DNA from: a virus
Taxonomy: Duplodnaviria; Heunggongvirae; Uroviricota; Caudoviricetes
IMG/VR virus record: IMGVR_UViG_3300037424_001372
Coordinates: 268,837-324,744 of that record
Reading direction: 5' to 3' (one strand)
Length of the DNA stretch: 55,908 bases
The position numbers and the translations under genes were made by a program. Each line of letters begins with the position of its first letter. Within the stretch, counting starts at the first letter, position 1. Below, piece by piece: positions 1 through 11,012 of the stretch. The notes under the pieces were generated by a model. That model was not told where the DNA came from. It worked only from the letters and a program-made list of their open reading frames with translations, and made no database searches.

Positions 1-952
1 TCAAATCAAGCCATGCATATGGCTGATTAGTATTACCATTCAAATCATTGATAAATTCATATTTTTTGTTGGTTTTCCACAACCTAACAACTTCACTATG
101 ACCTGAACTGTGATTAATCGTTTGTTCATCAACAACTTTAGCATCCAAGAACTTCATAAGTTCTTCATTACCGAACCTTTCGGTAATCATTGTAACAATT
201 GATGCTTTAATATCTTCATCATCGATTTTATTGAAATCTTCAAATGACATTGTTTGATTTGCAACGGCATTGAAAATATCGGCAGGGATTTTACGACCAT
301 TAATGTGATAAATTTTATAATCTTCCCATTCGATTGAAGCACCATGAACGTTGTGGAAGCCAATCTCATTCCTACGAATATATTTAGGCATCCTCAAAAC
401 CAATACATATTGTTCAGTAAAAAAACACCTTGAAATGTTGTTAAATGCACGTTTATAAAACCAATCCAAGGTTTCTTTGTTAGCATGTTTAATATTAAAT
501 TCATCTTGAATGAATTTATACCAAGTCAAATAAACTCGATGATATGTCGAACACAAAAACAAATAATGTGACTTAATTTCAAGAGGTTGACCAGTATAGG
601 GTTGATTAAGTTGTTCGTTCAAAGCATTAAACATGTTGGCATTCATTTTAGTTTTGCAATCGTTTTTAACATTAAACAAATCTTCAACCAACTTCATCGA
701 ATCCTTTTGTTGAAGGTTCGAATAAATTTTCTTGTAATCGGTAGGGTCTTGTGCAATAATAATAACAGGTTTTTTGAAATCACAAAGACTATATATTTTT
801 TCGATATATTCAATGATTTCATCCAAATTAAAATTGGCGAACTCAACGCCCGAATACAAATCCTTACGACATTTCTCCCGATATTCTGGAATCTTTGCCA
901 TAATTTCGGGAGTCAAATCATCCATTGTCAGTTTTTTAATTTCTTCTGCCAT
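1..952 (-). CDS. DUF6745-like phage protein (partial, runs off window start)
   Basis: Translated by hand: ATG at 950-952 (MAEEIKKLT...), open to the window edge; contains FHNVHGASIEWEDYKIYHINGRKIP, resembling the LH..GPAI.W.DG..Y..G motif. Confidence 0.65.
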   Translation of the reverse strand, partial: MAEEIKKLTMDDLTPEIMAKIPEYREKCRKDLYSGVEFANFNLDEIIEYIEKIYSLCDFKKPVIIIAQDPTDYKKIYSNLQQKDSMKLVEDLFNVKNDCKTKMNANMFNALNEQLNQPYTGQPLEIKSHYLFLCSTYHRVYLTWYKFIQDEFNIKHANKETLDWFYKRAFNNISRCFFTEQYVLVLRMPKYIRRNEIGFHNVHGASIEWEDYKIYHINGRKIPADIFNAVANQTMSFEDFNKIDDEDIKASIVTMITERFGNEELMKFLDAKVVDEQTINHSSGHSEVVRLWKTNKKYEFINDLNGNTNQPYAWLDL

Positions 953-993
953 ACTTTTTTCTTTTTTATGTTTACAATGTTAGTTACGATATT

Positions 994-1197
994 TTATAAA
1001 ACCAAATCATCTAATTCCATTATAATTACTCTTCCTAAATCAAATCTACTAAGTTCAGTGGTAATTTGTTGCATAAGTTCTTTTCTTAAGTCAATTGCAA
1101 TTGTTAAATTTTTCATTAACAATAATTCATCATGCTTAATAATTTTATTTTGCAAAATAATAGAAATATGATTCTTGCTGTAAATGAACCAATTCAT
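994..1197 (-). CDS. hypothetical protein
   Basis: Co-directional ORF overlapping the upstream gene by 4 nt. Confidence 0.6.
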   Translation of the reverse strand: MNWFIYSKNHISIILQNKIIKHDELLLMKNLTIAIDLRKELMQQITTELSRFDLGRVIIMELDDLVL

Positions 1198-1415
1198 AAG
1201 TTAAATATTTTAACAACAAATATTGCTATAACTGTTAACCAAGATAATAATGAAATAAAAATTGCCACTAACCAAGCAGTAATTAATTCTAATCTATTTG
1301 ATTTAATTTCCACGTCATTAACATCCATTGGTGATGTACAATATTTCGATAGTTCATTAAAAGCAATTATAACGCCAATGATATAAATGATTAGAACAAT
1401 ATACTTGGTTTCCAT
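1194..1415 (-). CDS. small membrane protein (2 TM)
   Basis: Two hydrophobic stretches; directly downstream of the promoter motif at 1437-1462. Confidence 0.7.
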   Translation of the reverse strand: METKYIVLIIYIIGVIIAFNELSKYCTSPMDVNDVEIKSNRLELITAWLVAIFISLLSWLTVIAIFVVKIFNL

Positions 1416-1436
1416 AGCTAATTAGTTTATTGATGT

Positions 1437-1462
1437 TACGAAAATAATAAACAAATGTTACA
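1437..1462 (-). promoter_or_regulatory. phage promoter motif TGTAAC-N14-TTCGTA
   Basis: TACGAA-N14-GTTACA on +, upstream of a gene. Confidence 0.8.
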
Positions 1463-1848
1463 GTTATTTAAATTTCATTATCAATTAATTCTTCTTGTAA
1501 TTCCATTAATTTAATTCAGATATTAATAACCAACTAAATTCTTGTAGTTCTGTTTTTAAATTTTCGTTAAAAATTTTATCATATAATTGCGAATATTCAT
1601 TAGCATGTTTAGTTATTATGTCGAAATTACCACCAATATCCTTTAATTTTTTACTATCTAAATAATTATTTTTCATGTTAATTACTTTTCGTAATAATAA
1701 TTCCTTGCATAATTAGCCATATTATTGCAACAAAAACTATCCCTAAAAAGAATAATCTTTCATCACTTTGGTTACTTAAAAACTCTAATATTGAACCCAT
1801 AATTTGATTTTTTTATGTTTTATAAAAATAATGTTTTTGTTTTTAAAT

Positions 1849-2220
1849 TTAATTCACAAATTCATTTAATTTATTGGTCAATGCAACGTTTTTTGAAATT
1901 AAATTATCACGCACTCTTCTTAATTCTCTCACCATTCTCAACAATTTCTCATTTTCTAGTTTAATTCCTTTAACTAATTCATCTTTCCTAAATCCAATTC
2001 TTGCTTCCTTATTAAGTTTTTTAATCTCTTGAGTATCTAATTGATATTTGCCTAACTCATACTTCAATTCATCGATTTCTGACTTTAATTGACCAATTAA
2101 AACATCTTTCTCACTAATTTGTTTGATTAATGATGCTACCAGCTCATCCATATTATATTCACGTTTTAGTTTAATTAAAACGTTATCAAAATAATCATGT
2201 TTATGTTTCATGTTATTCAT
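1849..2220 (-). CDS. coiled-coil hypothetical protein
   Basis: Heptad-rich K/E/L sequence. Confidence 0.7.
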   Translation of the reverse strand: MNNMKHKHDYFDNVLIKLKREYNMDELVASLIKQISEKDVLIGQLKSEIDELKYELGKYQLDTQEIKKLNKEARIGFRKDELVKGIKLENEKLLRMVRELRRVRDNLISKNVALTNKLNEFVN

Positions 2221-2425
2221 TTAATTCATCAATTAAAACATTGTTTATATTTGTAAATAATTCAATATTTAAATTATTACTATTCATCATAAATGCATAA
2301 CTCGAAAATTCGAATTTAATTGAATCAAGTTTAAATAAACTTTTATCAATAGTTTCTCGTAAAATATCTGTTAATTCTATAATGTTACTTGATAACTGCC
2401 ATTCGTCACGTAGTTTTTCTTCCAT
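2213..2425 (-). CDS. small acidic protein
   Basis: ORF coupled to the next gene; L/N/D/E-rich. Confidence 0.55.
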   Translation of the reverse strand: MEEKLRDEWQLSSNIIELTDILRETIDKSLFKLDSIKFEFSSYAFMMNSNNLNIELFTNINNVLIDELNE

Positions 2426-2672
2426 TTTTCTTGGCTATTTAATGTTGTTCGCATGTTGTTACAAATTAATTTCGTCAGCAATTAAACGATCTAATTCTAA
2501 ATTCATTTCTATCCGTAAATTAATTTCATTAATTGAACGTAAATAATAACTATCTAAATCATCTAACAACTGATTAAAAAAATATTCATCAAACTTATCT
2601 AAATTTTGTAAAATTTCTTCTTTAAAATATCTCATAAATTAGAATTCATTTAACTGTAACGATAAATATTCA

Positions 2673-2864
2673 TCAATTTATTTCATCAATTAGAGTATTG
2701 TTTAATTCTATATCTAATTCTGAATTTAATTCTGATGATAAATTAAATTCATTGATCGATCTTAAATAATAACAATCTAAATCATCTAACAACGGATAAA
2801 AAAAAGTTTCACCCAACTTATCATCAATGGTTATAAAATATGGTGGTTGATATTTAACGTCCAT
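2673..2864 (-). CDS. small acidic protein
   Basis: First ORF after the promoter motif at 2887-2913. Confidence 0.6.
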   Translation of the reverse strand: MDVKYQPPYFITIDDKLGETFFYPLLDDLDCYYLRSINEFNLSSELNSELDIELNNTLIDEIN

Positions 2865-2886
2865 ATATCATGATTGTTTTAATATA

Positions 2887-2913
2887 TACGAAAGTACGTT
2901 GTGTTTTGTTACA
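2887..2913 (-). promoter_or_regulatory. phage promoter motif (N15), adjacent to a terminator at ~2914-2950
   Basis: TACGAA-N15-GTTACA next to an AAAATCCTAG/CTAGGATTTT hairpin. Confidence 0.8.
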
Positions 2914-2978
2914 AAAAATCCTAGCTAATAAATTGACTAGGATTTTTTTTGATAAGTAAACATTAAAAATATTCTAAT

Positions 2979-4184
2979 TTATTTAATATCTATAATCCTA
3001 TTTTCAATAATTTTTAACAATTCTGACATTGAACGTTCTTCATCATTTTCAGCATTTTGTGCTTTTTGAATGGGTTTTTCATTTTGTTTAATTGATTCAA
3101 CTAATTTTTCAAGTTCCTCAATTTCATATTCATGATAATCACATTCGAAATATTTTTGTTCAATAACATTAATTTTACCATTTTCATAAGTTGAAATTGC
3201 AAATGGAAAATATTCACATACTCTCATTTTGCTATGGTCATAGTCAGGAACTGCAACAACATTCATTGGATTAACTAAACATGTTAAAATAACAGAATCT
3301 TTATTTGCAAAATTCTCCACATATTTAGTGCTTCCACAATGCAAACCATTTGAACAATCTTTCCTAAAATCGGCATCACATTCTTTTCTGGCTTGTTTAA
3401 CCGGTTTACCAAGTTCAATTGTCATTTTGCGTGTGTGCATATCTGTATAAACAGGTGCTTTTGGTTGTTCTTCTTTGTCCTTAACAGCACCTGAATTGTA
3501 TATAGCATTGAAAAGTTCTGCAAGATTACCAATAATTTCAATATTTTTTTTACTTTCATTCCAACCTTCAATAGTTTTAACTTTGGTAAGGGAAAATTCG
3601 TTATTTTCATTCTTATAAACAACATATTTTTTAGGACTTTCCTTCCAATTTTTCTTTACATGATGATAACGATTATTTATGAATTCTGGGAAAGTGGTAT
3701 CTACCTTTTCTTCTTTAGCTTCATTTTTATAAACTGCTTTATAAACAATCATATAACCTTTATCTGTTAATACAAAGTCATGTACTTTAATGAAATCGAA
3801 CAGAACTGCACGAATACGTTTGTCAGGATTCAACATTAAAAGTTTCCAAAAATTCATGATTGGATGCAATGGATATTCATTTTCATGATATTCCTTAATA
3901 ATTTCAACGAGTGGGGTTGGAATTGGGGTGTTAAAACCTGCCAAAAACACATCACCTGTTTCGGGGTCATGTTCAAGGCCCGCAAGTATTGCAACACGAG
4001 TTTTTTCATTCAAACATGAACGAACTTTTTTAATATTTTCATCGGTAGGATTTTCTTTGGCCTTTAAAGTCAATCTAAATAGTCCATTGGCTTCGATAAC
4101 ACTTGAACAATTTTTTTGTAATAGTTTTCCGTTTAATGAAATCTTTACACAATTACCGATTTTTATTACATTAATACTTTTCAT
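2979..4184 (-). CDS. rIIB: rIIB-like protein
   Basis: NFWKLLMLNPD, LTDKGYMIVYKAV, CSNGLHCGS, VNPMNVVAVPDY..KMRVCEY motifs; near rIIA. Confidence 0.85.
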   Translation of the reverse strand: MKSINVIKIGNCVKISLNGKLLQKNCSSVIEANGLFRLTLKAKENPTDENIKKVRSCLNEKTRVAILAGLEHDPETGDVFLAGFNTPIPTPLVEIIKEYHENEYPLHPIMNFWKLLMLNPDKRIRAVLFDFIKVHDFVLTDKGYMIVYKAVYKNEAKEEKVDTTFPEFINNRYHHVKKNWKESPKKYVVYKNENNEFSLTKVKTIEGWNESKKNIEIIGNLAELFNAIYNSGAVKDKEEQPKAPVYTDMHTRKMTIELGKPVKQARKECDADFRKDCSNGLHCGSTKYVENFANKDSVILTCLVNPMNVVAVPDYDHSKMRVCEYFPFAISTYENGKINVIEQKYFECDYHEYEIEELEKLVESIKQNEKPIQKAQNAENDEERSMSELLKIIENRIIDIK

Positions 4185-4208
4185 TTTATTTGTTTTAATT
4201 AAGTTTTC

Positions 4209-4290
4209 TACTAATTTTCATGAGCAAACTACAGTTAGTTGCAATTTTTCTTACAGTATCTAAAAACACGGAAAAACCATGAAATTAGTT
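4209..4290 (-). mobile_element. putative IS200/IS605 right end / omegaRNA remnant
   Basis: Inverted repeat ACTAATTT(T)CATG...CATGAAATTAGT overlapping and following the tnpB stop. Confidence 0.4.
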
Positions 4291-4644
4291 CACGATTTTA
4301 ATAATCGATGGGATCACTGATAATCCCTCTATCCCATCAGCAAAAACATTTGGGATTGCTTTTCTTAATATATTATAACTTCCGTTCACATCGGCATTAA
4401 TTACCTTATCTTCTCCCTTAATCTTATATAATCCCCTACATTTACGGTAGCCAGAGAACGAAGGTTCTTCGTTTATCTTTCCGTAAATAGGGATGTTATC
4501 CATATTAAGAAATGATGCTTTAGAGGTATAACTTTCTTCCTGAAGCATAATATTTATTCCAGCTTTTTCGCATTTATAAACAAGCATGTTTATAAATCTA
4601 CTATGTGGAATGTTAACGAAGTTCTGATTTGAGCGAATTACCAT
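4285..4644 (-). pseudogene. tnpB: TnpB C-terminal fragment (IS200/IS605 family)
   Basis: QNFVNIPH, QEESYTSKASFL and INADVNGSYNILRK (RuvC-II and RuvC-III); N-terminal part including RuvC-I is absent. Confidence 0.85.
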
Positions 4645-4709
4645 TTAATAAGTGTTGAATAGTTCGGGAGGTTTTCGCTTTCTATCCTGTACCAATCTTA
4701 TGCAAACCG

Positions 4710-4976
4710 TTATAAAACATTTAAAAGTTCCTTCGTTCTTGGAAGCCAATTGAAATCATCATCACTCACAGTATATTTTGCAAGTGCATCAATTAGTTCT
4801 ACTTTTAATTCATCTTGATTTGGTGCTATGTTCCTATTATCGTCTTTAGGGTAATTGCAAAATATACTACCTTTAGTCTTTGAAAATAGCCTATCGTCAA
4901 TACAATAACTACCTTTGTTTGTGGTGATTTCAATTGTGCCACCATCTAAATAACTGTCAATTTTTATAATTTTCAT
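4710..4976 (-). CDS. hypothetical protein (cassette gene)
   Basis: Stop codon lies in the GTTA core; unit bounded by GTTATAAAAC(4709) / GTTTTATAAC(4993). Confidence 0.75.
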   Translation of the reverse strand: MKIIKIDSYLDGGTIEITTNKGSYCIDDRLFSKTKGSIFCNYPKDDNRNIAPNQDELKVELIDALAKYTVSDDDFNWLPRTKELLNVL

Positions 4977-4986
4977 AATAAACGTT

Positions 4987-5105
4987 TTATAACAACAAAT
5001 ATATGCAATTATTTCATTACTTACAAATAAATGTTGTTAGTTAATATTAAGGTTGTTCTTAATATAAAGTTCTGTTATAACTGCTTATATTTGCAAACGT
5101 TAGGC
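4987..5105 (+). repeat. attC-like recombination site
   Basis: TATAAC-aa-CAAATATATGCAATTAT ... ATAACTGCTTATATTTG-caaac-GTTAGGC imperfect hairpin. Confidence 0.8.
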
Positions 5106-5287
5106 AACATTTAAGCCACTCACACAGCATCTTCAGGCACATGTTTTTGCGTAATTGTAGGGCAGTAGCCCGCATTTAGTTTCGTGTAATTAGACAGGGT
5201 TGTTTTCCGCAACCCTTACTGAATGATACGCTCAACGTTATTTTCAAGCGTAGGACTGCTCCATTGAAACGTCCTACGCTTTGATAA

Positions 5288-5518
5288 TTATTCCGCTGCT
5301 TCGAAGTCGAGGTAATATTCTTTTCCCACTTCGAAAAAATTAGCTGCTTCAGTTTCATAGCTAATCCACATATCGAGATTTGCGCTCGGAGTGTATTTGG
5401 CAAATGATTTGTTTTCATCGCTGTCAGAAATGACTGCACAAAAAGAAACCTGTTTTTGTTCGTATGCTGGCTGATCTTCAACCTTATTGCATACAAGTTT
5501 TGCGCGTACTTTTGACAT
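5288..5518 (-). CDS. conserved-looking phage hypothetical protein
   Basis: Likely start MSKVRAKLVC; ENKSFAKYTPS...YYLDF. Confidence 0.75.
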   Translation of the reverse strand: MSKVRAKLVCNKVEDQPAYEQKQVSFCAVISDSDENKSFAKYTPSANLDMWISYETEAANFFEVGKEYYLDFEAAE

Positions 5519-5550
5519 ATAAAATAGGGTTTTACAAAGCCCGCCCAAGG

Positions 5551-5778
5551 CTATATTTTTGGTATTTTAATTTCGGGATGTTCTTTTATGTACAGTTTTG
5601 CACCTTGCTTTAAGATTAAATGTAAATCATTTTCCTCTTTAAATTTTCTCCTCCATTTCTCAACTATATTTAAATAAACGATGTCATGAAATGGAGAAAC
5701 TAAAGTGTGTATGTCTTCTTTCAATCGTTTGTTTTCTTCGCAAACCTTTTGATAGACACTCCTACTTACATTGCTCAT
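5551..5778 (-). CDS. hypothetical protein
   Basis: Likely start MSNVSRS; the upstream extension reads through an attC arm. Confidence 0.65.
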   Translation of the reverse strand: MSNVSRSVYQKVCEENKRLKEDIHTLVSPFHDIVYLNIVEKWRRKFKEENDLHLILKQGAKLYIKEHPEIKIPKI

Positions 5779-6309
5779 ATATTTGATTTTAAATTGCCTT
5801 TTTAAAAACCGCCCAGTTGCTAACAAAGTATATAGCAAATTGGGGGTGTCGTTCCAATTTGAATACTTGTTTTTTCTTTTTTGAGTTTTTCATAACACTT
5901 TTCACATAGTATTTTTATAGGAGTATCCCAACTTCCTTGGTTGTTGGTACTTGCGCCACATTCATCACATCGTAAGTAAGCCATGATTTAATTTATTTAT
6001 AATTACAAATATCTACCGTAGTGCTTTTCTATCGCCTCAATAACGTCATCTAACCAAACAGCACCTTCAGCACCATTCGGTAAATATAGTTGTTCAATTT
6101 GTTTTAGTTTTTCGATTAATTCATCCATAATTTTTACATTGTTATAACAACAAATATAAAACATCTTATTTGTTTTTGGTACTCTTTTAAAGGTTTTCCC
6201 AACTCCCTTTTTATTTTGACTAAGAAAATGTGGCTCAGTATATAGTAAACATGTTCAAAATTTATGGTTGAGCTACTTATCACATATTCAACTAACCATA
6301 CCACCATCG

Positions 6310-6621
6310 TTATTGGGTATTTAAAAAGACTGCCATTCGTTTCGCAAAATCAATTGTAAAGTCATCTATTTTTGCATCCGAATAATCTTCAAAATCTTCA
6401 ACTGCTTTTTGTAAAAGTTTAGCATAGCATTCTGGACTACAAGCCATATAATGTATGTAGCTTTCACAACTATCATTTCCCCAAGAATTGTGGTGCCCGC
6501 TAAACTCATGCCAATCATCAGGCCGTTCATCTGAGTTATGTAATTTACCACAATTGTCGCACTTATAAGCAACCACAACTTTTTCTCTTTTTGTTACTTC
6601 TTTATATTCAATTATTTTCAT
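6310..6621 (-). CDS. CxxC-containing hypothetical protein
   Basis: CDNC and CSPEC motifs; stop codon in a GTTA core. Confidence 0.7.
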   Translation of the reverse strand: MKIIEYKEVTKREKVVVAYKCDNCGKLHNSDERPDDWHEFSGHHNSWGNDSCESYIHYMACSPECYAKLLQKAVEDFEDYSDAKIDDFTIDFAKRMAVFLNTQ

Positions 6622-6659
6622 AAGTTAAATAAATTAAAGTATTACAATCTTCATTTGTT

Positions 6660-6974
6660 TCATATTTTTATATTATTTAGATAATCATATTTTTCACCAG
6701 TATCACCATTTTCAATAATATAATCATCATGTGCGATTAAAGTATCAAAATTAGGTATATTTGAATTTAGTACTTCATTATTCTCACCAATCCAATCAAA
6801 TTCAAATATTGAACAGATTTCACCATCTTCAATATTATCTTTAATACCATTAAATAATGCAGATGTATATTTCATATCAAATACATCATCATCAATTGTT
6901 GCAATAGTTCCCTCATCATACCAAGTATTTGGTCTTGCAACAAATTTAATTTTTTTAAAATCTATTTTATTCAT
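6660..6974 (-). CDS. hypothetical protein
   Basis: Intact co-directional ORF. Confidence 0.7.
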   Translation of the reverse strand: MNKIDFKKIKFVARPNTWYDEGTIATIDDDVFDMKYTSALFNGIKDNIEDGEICSIFEFDWIGENNEVLNSNIPNFDTLIAHDDYIIENGDTGEKYDYLNNIKI

Positions 6975-7000
6975 AATTATATTAAATTTGTGTTTTCATG

Positions 7001-9301
7001 TTACAATTTCATTGTTGCTTGTAGAATTGTTATTAGTTCATTCTCCATTTCATTAACATTCCGAGGAACAATAAAATGTTTAAGTATTTTATTGTTGTTA
7101 TTTTGAAGAATTAAAATCTCATTAACAATATCTAACATTAATCTTTCTTCTTTTGTTGGAGTTAAATTGAGTTTAAAATACTTTTCAAGTAAATATTTAT
7201 TACTGATTAATATATCATTTTTCTTATTTGTTTTTAGAAAATCTTTCACAGCATCAACTTTACTTCCCCATTTTTTAGAAATTTGATTGATAAGTCCATT
7301 ACAATAAAAATGATTAAGTTGATTGTAAATTTTGAAAATTTCTAAATATTGTATGTTATTATTAACATAATCATTTTTTCTTTGCAACATAGTTACAAAA
7401 AAATCATTAATATGCCTAGCTTTCTTACAATATTTCATGTACTTAATGTTGGCAGTAGAAAGTTGAATGAACATAATACTGTTTTTTGCATTTGAAGGCG
7501 TTTTCAAAACTCCATTATAATTACAATTATTAACAATAGGGTTTTTATTAAACAAAATTTCATACAATTTAACTGCATCAATCAATTTATAATTATCTTC
7601 AGTAGTACCATAAAAAATTGGCATATTATAATCAAACAATGTTTTTAACTTAACTCTGTCTCTTGACATATCTGACATAAACTTAACAGGAATTGTCGAT
7701 TTCATTAATTCATGAGTAATTTCACTACCACGTTTACGTTGAGCAAGAAACCATTCAGGAACAACAAAGTCGTCATAATTCATACAGTTATTACGAACAA
7801 TTTCAAAATATTCGTCCTGTAAATCATGCAAAGATTGAATAAAAGGATTTTTATTTCCATGTTCATCCACAAAATAATCAACATGAACATTGAACATATC
7901 GCAAATATTATTCAACATTAAGCTACTAATTAAATTTTTACTTATAATATAATAAGTAGTGTGTTGTTCTTTTAAATAGCTGTTTTTAAGAATATTACGT
8001 TGAAAATCAATTTCAACGTAATATAAATTTTTATTTGTTTTAAGCGTTTTATAACCTCCATTAAATTTATAACGTTCCCTTCTTGAAGTAACTGGTTTCA
8101 TTCCCATTGTCTGTGCATTAAACAACAGTTTAAATAATTGTTTGTCATCTGGCATCTTCATGAAATTGTATTTGAATTTAGCGAAGTCAACATTTTTTAG
8201 TTTAAATACATTTTCAACGTTCATTGATGCACCATTCGGAAAATAAAGTTTACCAAAACCAGTCGTTGCTTGAAAATATTGTTCCAATGTAACAATATCA
8301 CAATATTGTTTGTTAATTAAGTCAATTATTTCGGCTTTAACAACTTCTAATTTATTTTTCAACATTTTAATTGTTGATTCGCTATAGTCAATACTTTCCC
8401 TCGACACTGTGACATCCACATCACCTATTTCAAGTTTAATTGCAATTGGCAAATGATAATCACTAGAATTTAAACCCAATGTTCTATAATCAATCGGGTA
8501 TGCCACTCGGCCAAGACAGACATGAATATAATCATTACAATCATTACCTCTGAAAAGGAATGACTTTCCCCTAATAATTTGATAATCATTTGGCAATGGA
8601 TTAACAATTTCTTCCGAATAACGTTTTTTATATTCAAATCCATCAAAAATAATATTTTCAAAGTAATATAGTTGTCGTATCATTTCTTTTTGAAATGAAT
8701 CCAAATCTTTTTCAAGAACGGGAATACGAACTTCCGTACCATTTTTATCAGTAGTTGGTTCTTGATGCATTAAATTAATGCAAGGACATTTTTTACTTTC
8801 ATGAACCAAATAAACATATTTTATTCCATTAGATTTGGTAATTATTTCATAAGAATTATCATATTCACCTTCACCAAATCCTGTGGAACGTTTGTAAGCT
8901 AAAGGGACCTTACTTCCCAATCCAAATCCACCAATCTGCTCATTATCAACACGTTTGGTCGATGCAAAATACACTGAAAAAATTGTATCAATTCTTTCAG
9001 GTGACATACCTACACCAAAGTCAATAAATGAAATATAATGAACATTGGTTGCTTCGTCTTTATGTTTGCGAATTACAACAGGAGCATTTTCCCAATTAGG
9101 TATATTCTTTTTAGCTTCAACATGACTATCAAAACAATTTGATGTTATTTCACGAACGACACTACCAATTGGATTACTATAAATGTTTTTAGAAAACATT
9201 TGGAATATTATTACAGTAGAATCTTTAGATAAAGTCAATTCTTTTTGAGTAGTTGTTGAAATTACCTCTTGTTCAGAATATTGACCTAAATCGATTTTCA
9301 T
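7001..9301 (-). CDS. rIIA: rIIA-like protein (GHKL/Hsp90-like ATPase N-terminus)
   Basis: YSNPIGSVVREITSNCFDSH, DFGVGMS, STKR..NEQIGGFGLGSK GHKL motifs; 766 aa. Confidence 0.9.
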   Translation of the reverse strand: MKIDLGQYSEQEVISTTTQKELTLSKDSTVIIFQMFSKNIYSNPIGSVVREITSNCFDSHVEAKKNIPNWENAPVVIRKHKDEATNVHYISFIDFGVGMSPERIDTIFSVYFASTKRVDNEQIGGFGLGSKVPLAYKRSTGFGEGEYDNSYEIITKSNGIKYVYLVHESKKCPCINLMHQEPTTDKNGTEVRIPVLEKDLDSFQKEMIRQLYYFENIIFDGFEYKKRYSEEIVNPLPNDYQIIRGKSFLFRGNDCNDYIHVCLGRVAYPIDYRTLGLNSSDYHLPIAIKLEIGDVDVTVSRESIDYSESTIKMLKNKLEVVKAEIIDLINKQYCDIVTLEQYFQATTGFGKLYFPNGASMNVENVFKLKNVDFAKFKYNFMKMPDDKQLFKLLFNAQTMGMKPVTSRRERYKFNGGYKTLKTNKNLYYVEIDFQRNILKNSYLKEQHTTYYIISKNLISSLMLNNICDMFNVHVDYFVDEHGNKNPFIQSLHDLQDEYFEIVRNNCMNYDDFVVPEWFLAQRKRGSEITHELMKSTIPVKFMSDMSRDRVKLKTLFDYNMPIFYGTTEDNYKLIDAVKLYEILFNKNPIVNNCNYNGVLKTPSNAKNSIMFIQLSTANIKYMKYCKKARHINDFFVTMLQRKNDYVNNNIQYLEIFKIYNQLNHFYCNGLINQISKKWGSKVDAVKDFLKTNKKNDILISNKYLLEKYFKLNLTPTKEERLMLDIVNEILILQNNNNKILKHFIVPRNVNEMENELITILQATMKL

Positions 9302-9670
9302 ATTAGTGTATTTAAATTGCGATTAATGATTCCTTAGAATATAAATCTTTTCATTTTTTAGTTAACGTAATACATTCAAAATCACATCTAATTCAGATTG
9401 AATTTCCACAAAATTATTATCATATAAATTATCGTATAGATATAGTTGCAAATCATCATTAAAAATATTATTCATATCCTGTCGAATATATTGTCTAATA
9501 TTATCAACTAATTTTGTTTGTAATGAAGTTTGTAATTCCATGATTTAGTTAATGTATGTTTAATGATTCTTGGGCTAATCCGTTACTCCACATAAAAATC
9601 TTTTTCATAATATTTTCTATTGTGAATTTATATTTACAAAAAAACGAAAACTAATCAATATTGTTACAAA

Positions 9671-10840
9671 TTAATCCATGTAATCAAAACTAAAATATTT
9701 TTCATTTAAACTTTCGGGGCATTTCTTTGCCAACATGGCAAACATTACGGCTGTCATTGGTTTACGTTTCCAACCAATTGTTAATATACCATTATGACAA
9801 TCAATACCATAATTCATAATTTCATCAATTTGTTTAATCGTCATATCAACATTTGGTTTATTAGATTTATGATTTAAACAACCACCAAATTGAATATTCT
9901 TACCATGAATTCTAATCCAACCATTTTGTTCCAACCAACTATCTTGATGAACATCATTACCATCTTCATCAGTTTTGGGAATTATGTTCGATTCTTGTAA
10001 CGCATCACTAATTTGAAGATGCAACATATTGGCGATTTCACCATTTAGACCATAAAAATCGCCATTTGGAGCTAACCATCCTGCCGAATAATTATCTAAG
10101 ATATTAACTGGTTTAAATCCCGTTTCTTTTGCCCCTTCAATGATTTCATTAATTGCCATAGCACTTTCAATATACCTAAAAACATCTTCCTCTTCTGTTT
10201 GAAAATATTCAAATTCTTTCCTCATGAGTTTTTGAAGTTTTATGGTTAACTCAAAAACACACTCCGTATCGAATTGAATATTAAGTCCATAATAGTTATT
10301 AACTTCTTTTGAAAGCTCACGTAATTGTGTTGATTTAACAATAAAATCCTTGATAATTTTAATAGTTAAACTCATTTGACCAAGTTCAGTACTACTTTCA
10401 ATTTCATATAACATATCATCACAATTGTTGTGATAAATATATCTTAAAACCGAATCAATTGAAAATTTGAAACGATAAGTTTTACTACTCAATAAATTTA
10501 TAATTTCATCCAAACCTTTTGAAAGTAATTTACCATTGTCATATAATTGGTTTTGTCTGTCATTGAAAAACTCAACGAAATCAATTACTTTGGGGTATAA
10601 CTTATCATGATGTGGTTCACGTTCACCAACCATAAACATTTGGTTTTCAACATCAACCTCAATAACATATTGACCAGTTAATAATTTTAATTGAAGTTCT
10701 TTAGGACATTCTTCTCCGAAGCTACTTGTGAATACACCCAATGCCTTATCAATGTTAGCATCATATAAGAAGTGTTCTTGTGCAATATTAGCCAATAAGA
10801 TTCCTGTATCTTCACCAACAGTAAAGTGTAGCGTTTCCAT
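9671..10840 (-). CDS. hypothetical protein
   Basis: 389-aa intact ORF; GWLAPNGDFY motif. Confidence 0.8.
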   Translation of the reverse strand: METLHFTVGEDTGILLANIAQEHFLYDANIDKALGVFTSSFGEECPKELQLKLLTGQYVIEVDVENQMFMVGEREPHHDKLYPKVIDFVEFFNDRQNQLYDNGKLLSKGLDEIINLLSSKTYRFKFSIDSVLRYIYHNNCDDMLYEIESSTELGQMSLTIKIIKDFIVKSTQLRELSKEVNNYYGLNIQFDTECVFELTIKLQKLMRKEFEYFQTEEEDVFRYIESAMAINEIIEGAKETGFKPVNILDNYSAGWLAPNGDFYGLNGEIANMLHLQISDALQESNIIPKTDEDGNDVHQDSWLEQNGWIRIHGKNIQFGGCLNHKSNKPNVDMTIKQIDEIMNYGIDCHNGILTIGWKRKPMTAVMFAMLAKKCPESLNEKYFSFDYMD

Positions 10841-11012
10841 TGTGTGTGTTTAATAGAATTTAAATAATTACAATTCAAACATAATTTCATCCATTTCATC
10901 ATTAAGTTCTATCCATACTAAATTAATTAATGAATCAAATAAATCATTATTAAGTTTAAGTTTCTCATCACCTGATATAAAATATAGGTAATTTAATTTT
11001 TTCTCCAAAAAA

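Noticed and set aside
587-1171. Long plus-strand ORFs (587-1171, 3928-4263, 22333-22677, 42901-43374, 46518-46788 and similar)
   Set aside because: Antisense shadows of better-supported minus-strand genes; no promoter motif in that orientation.
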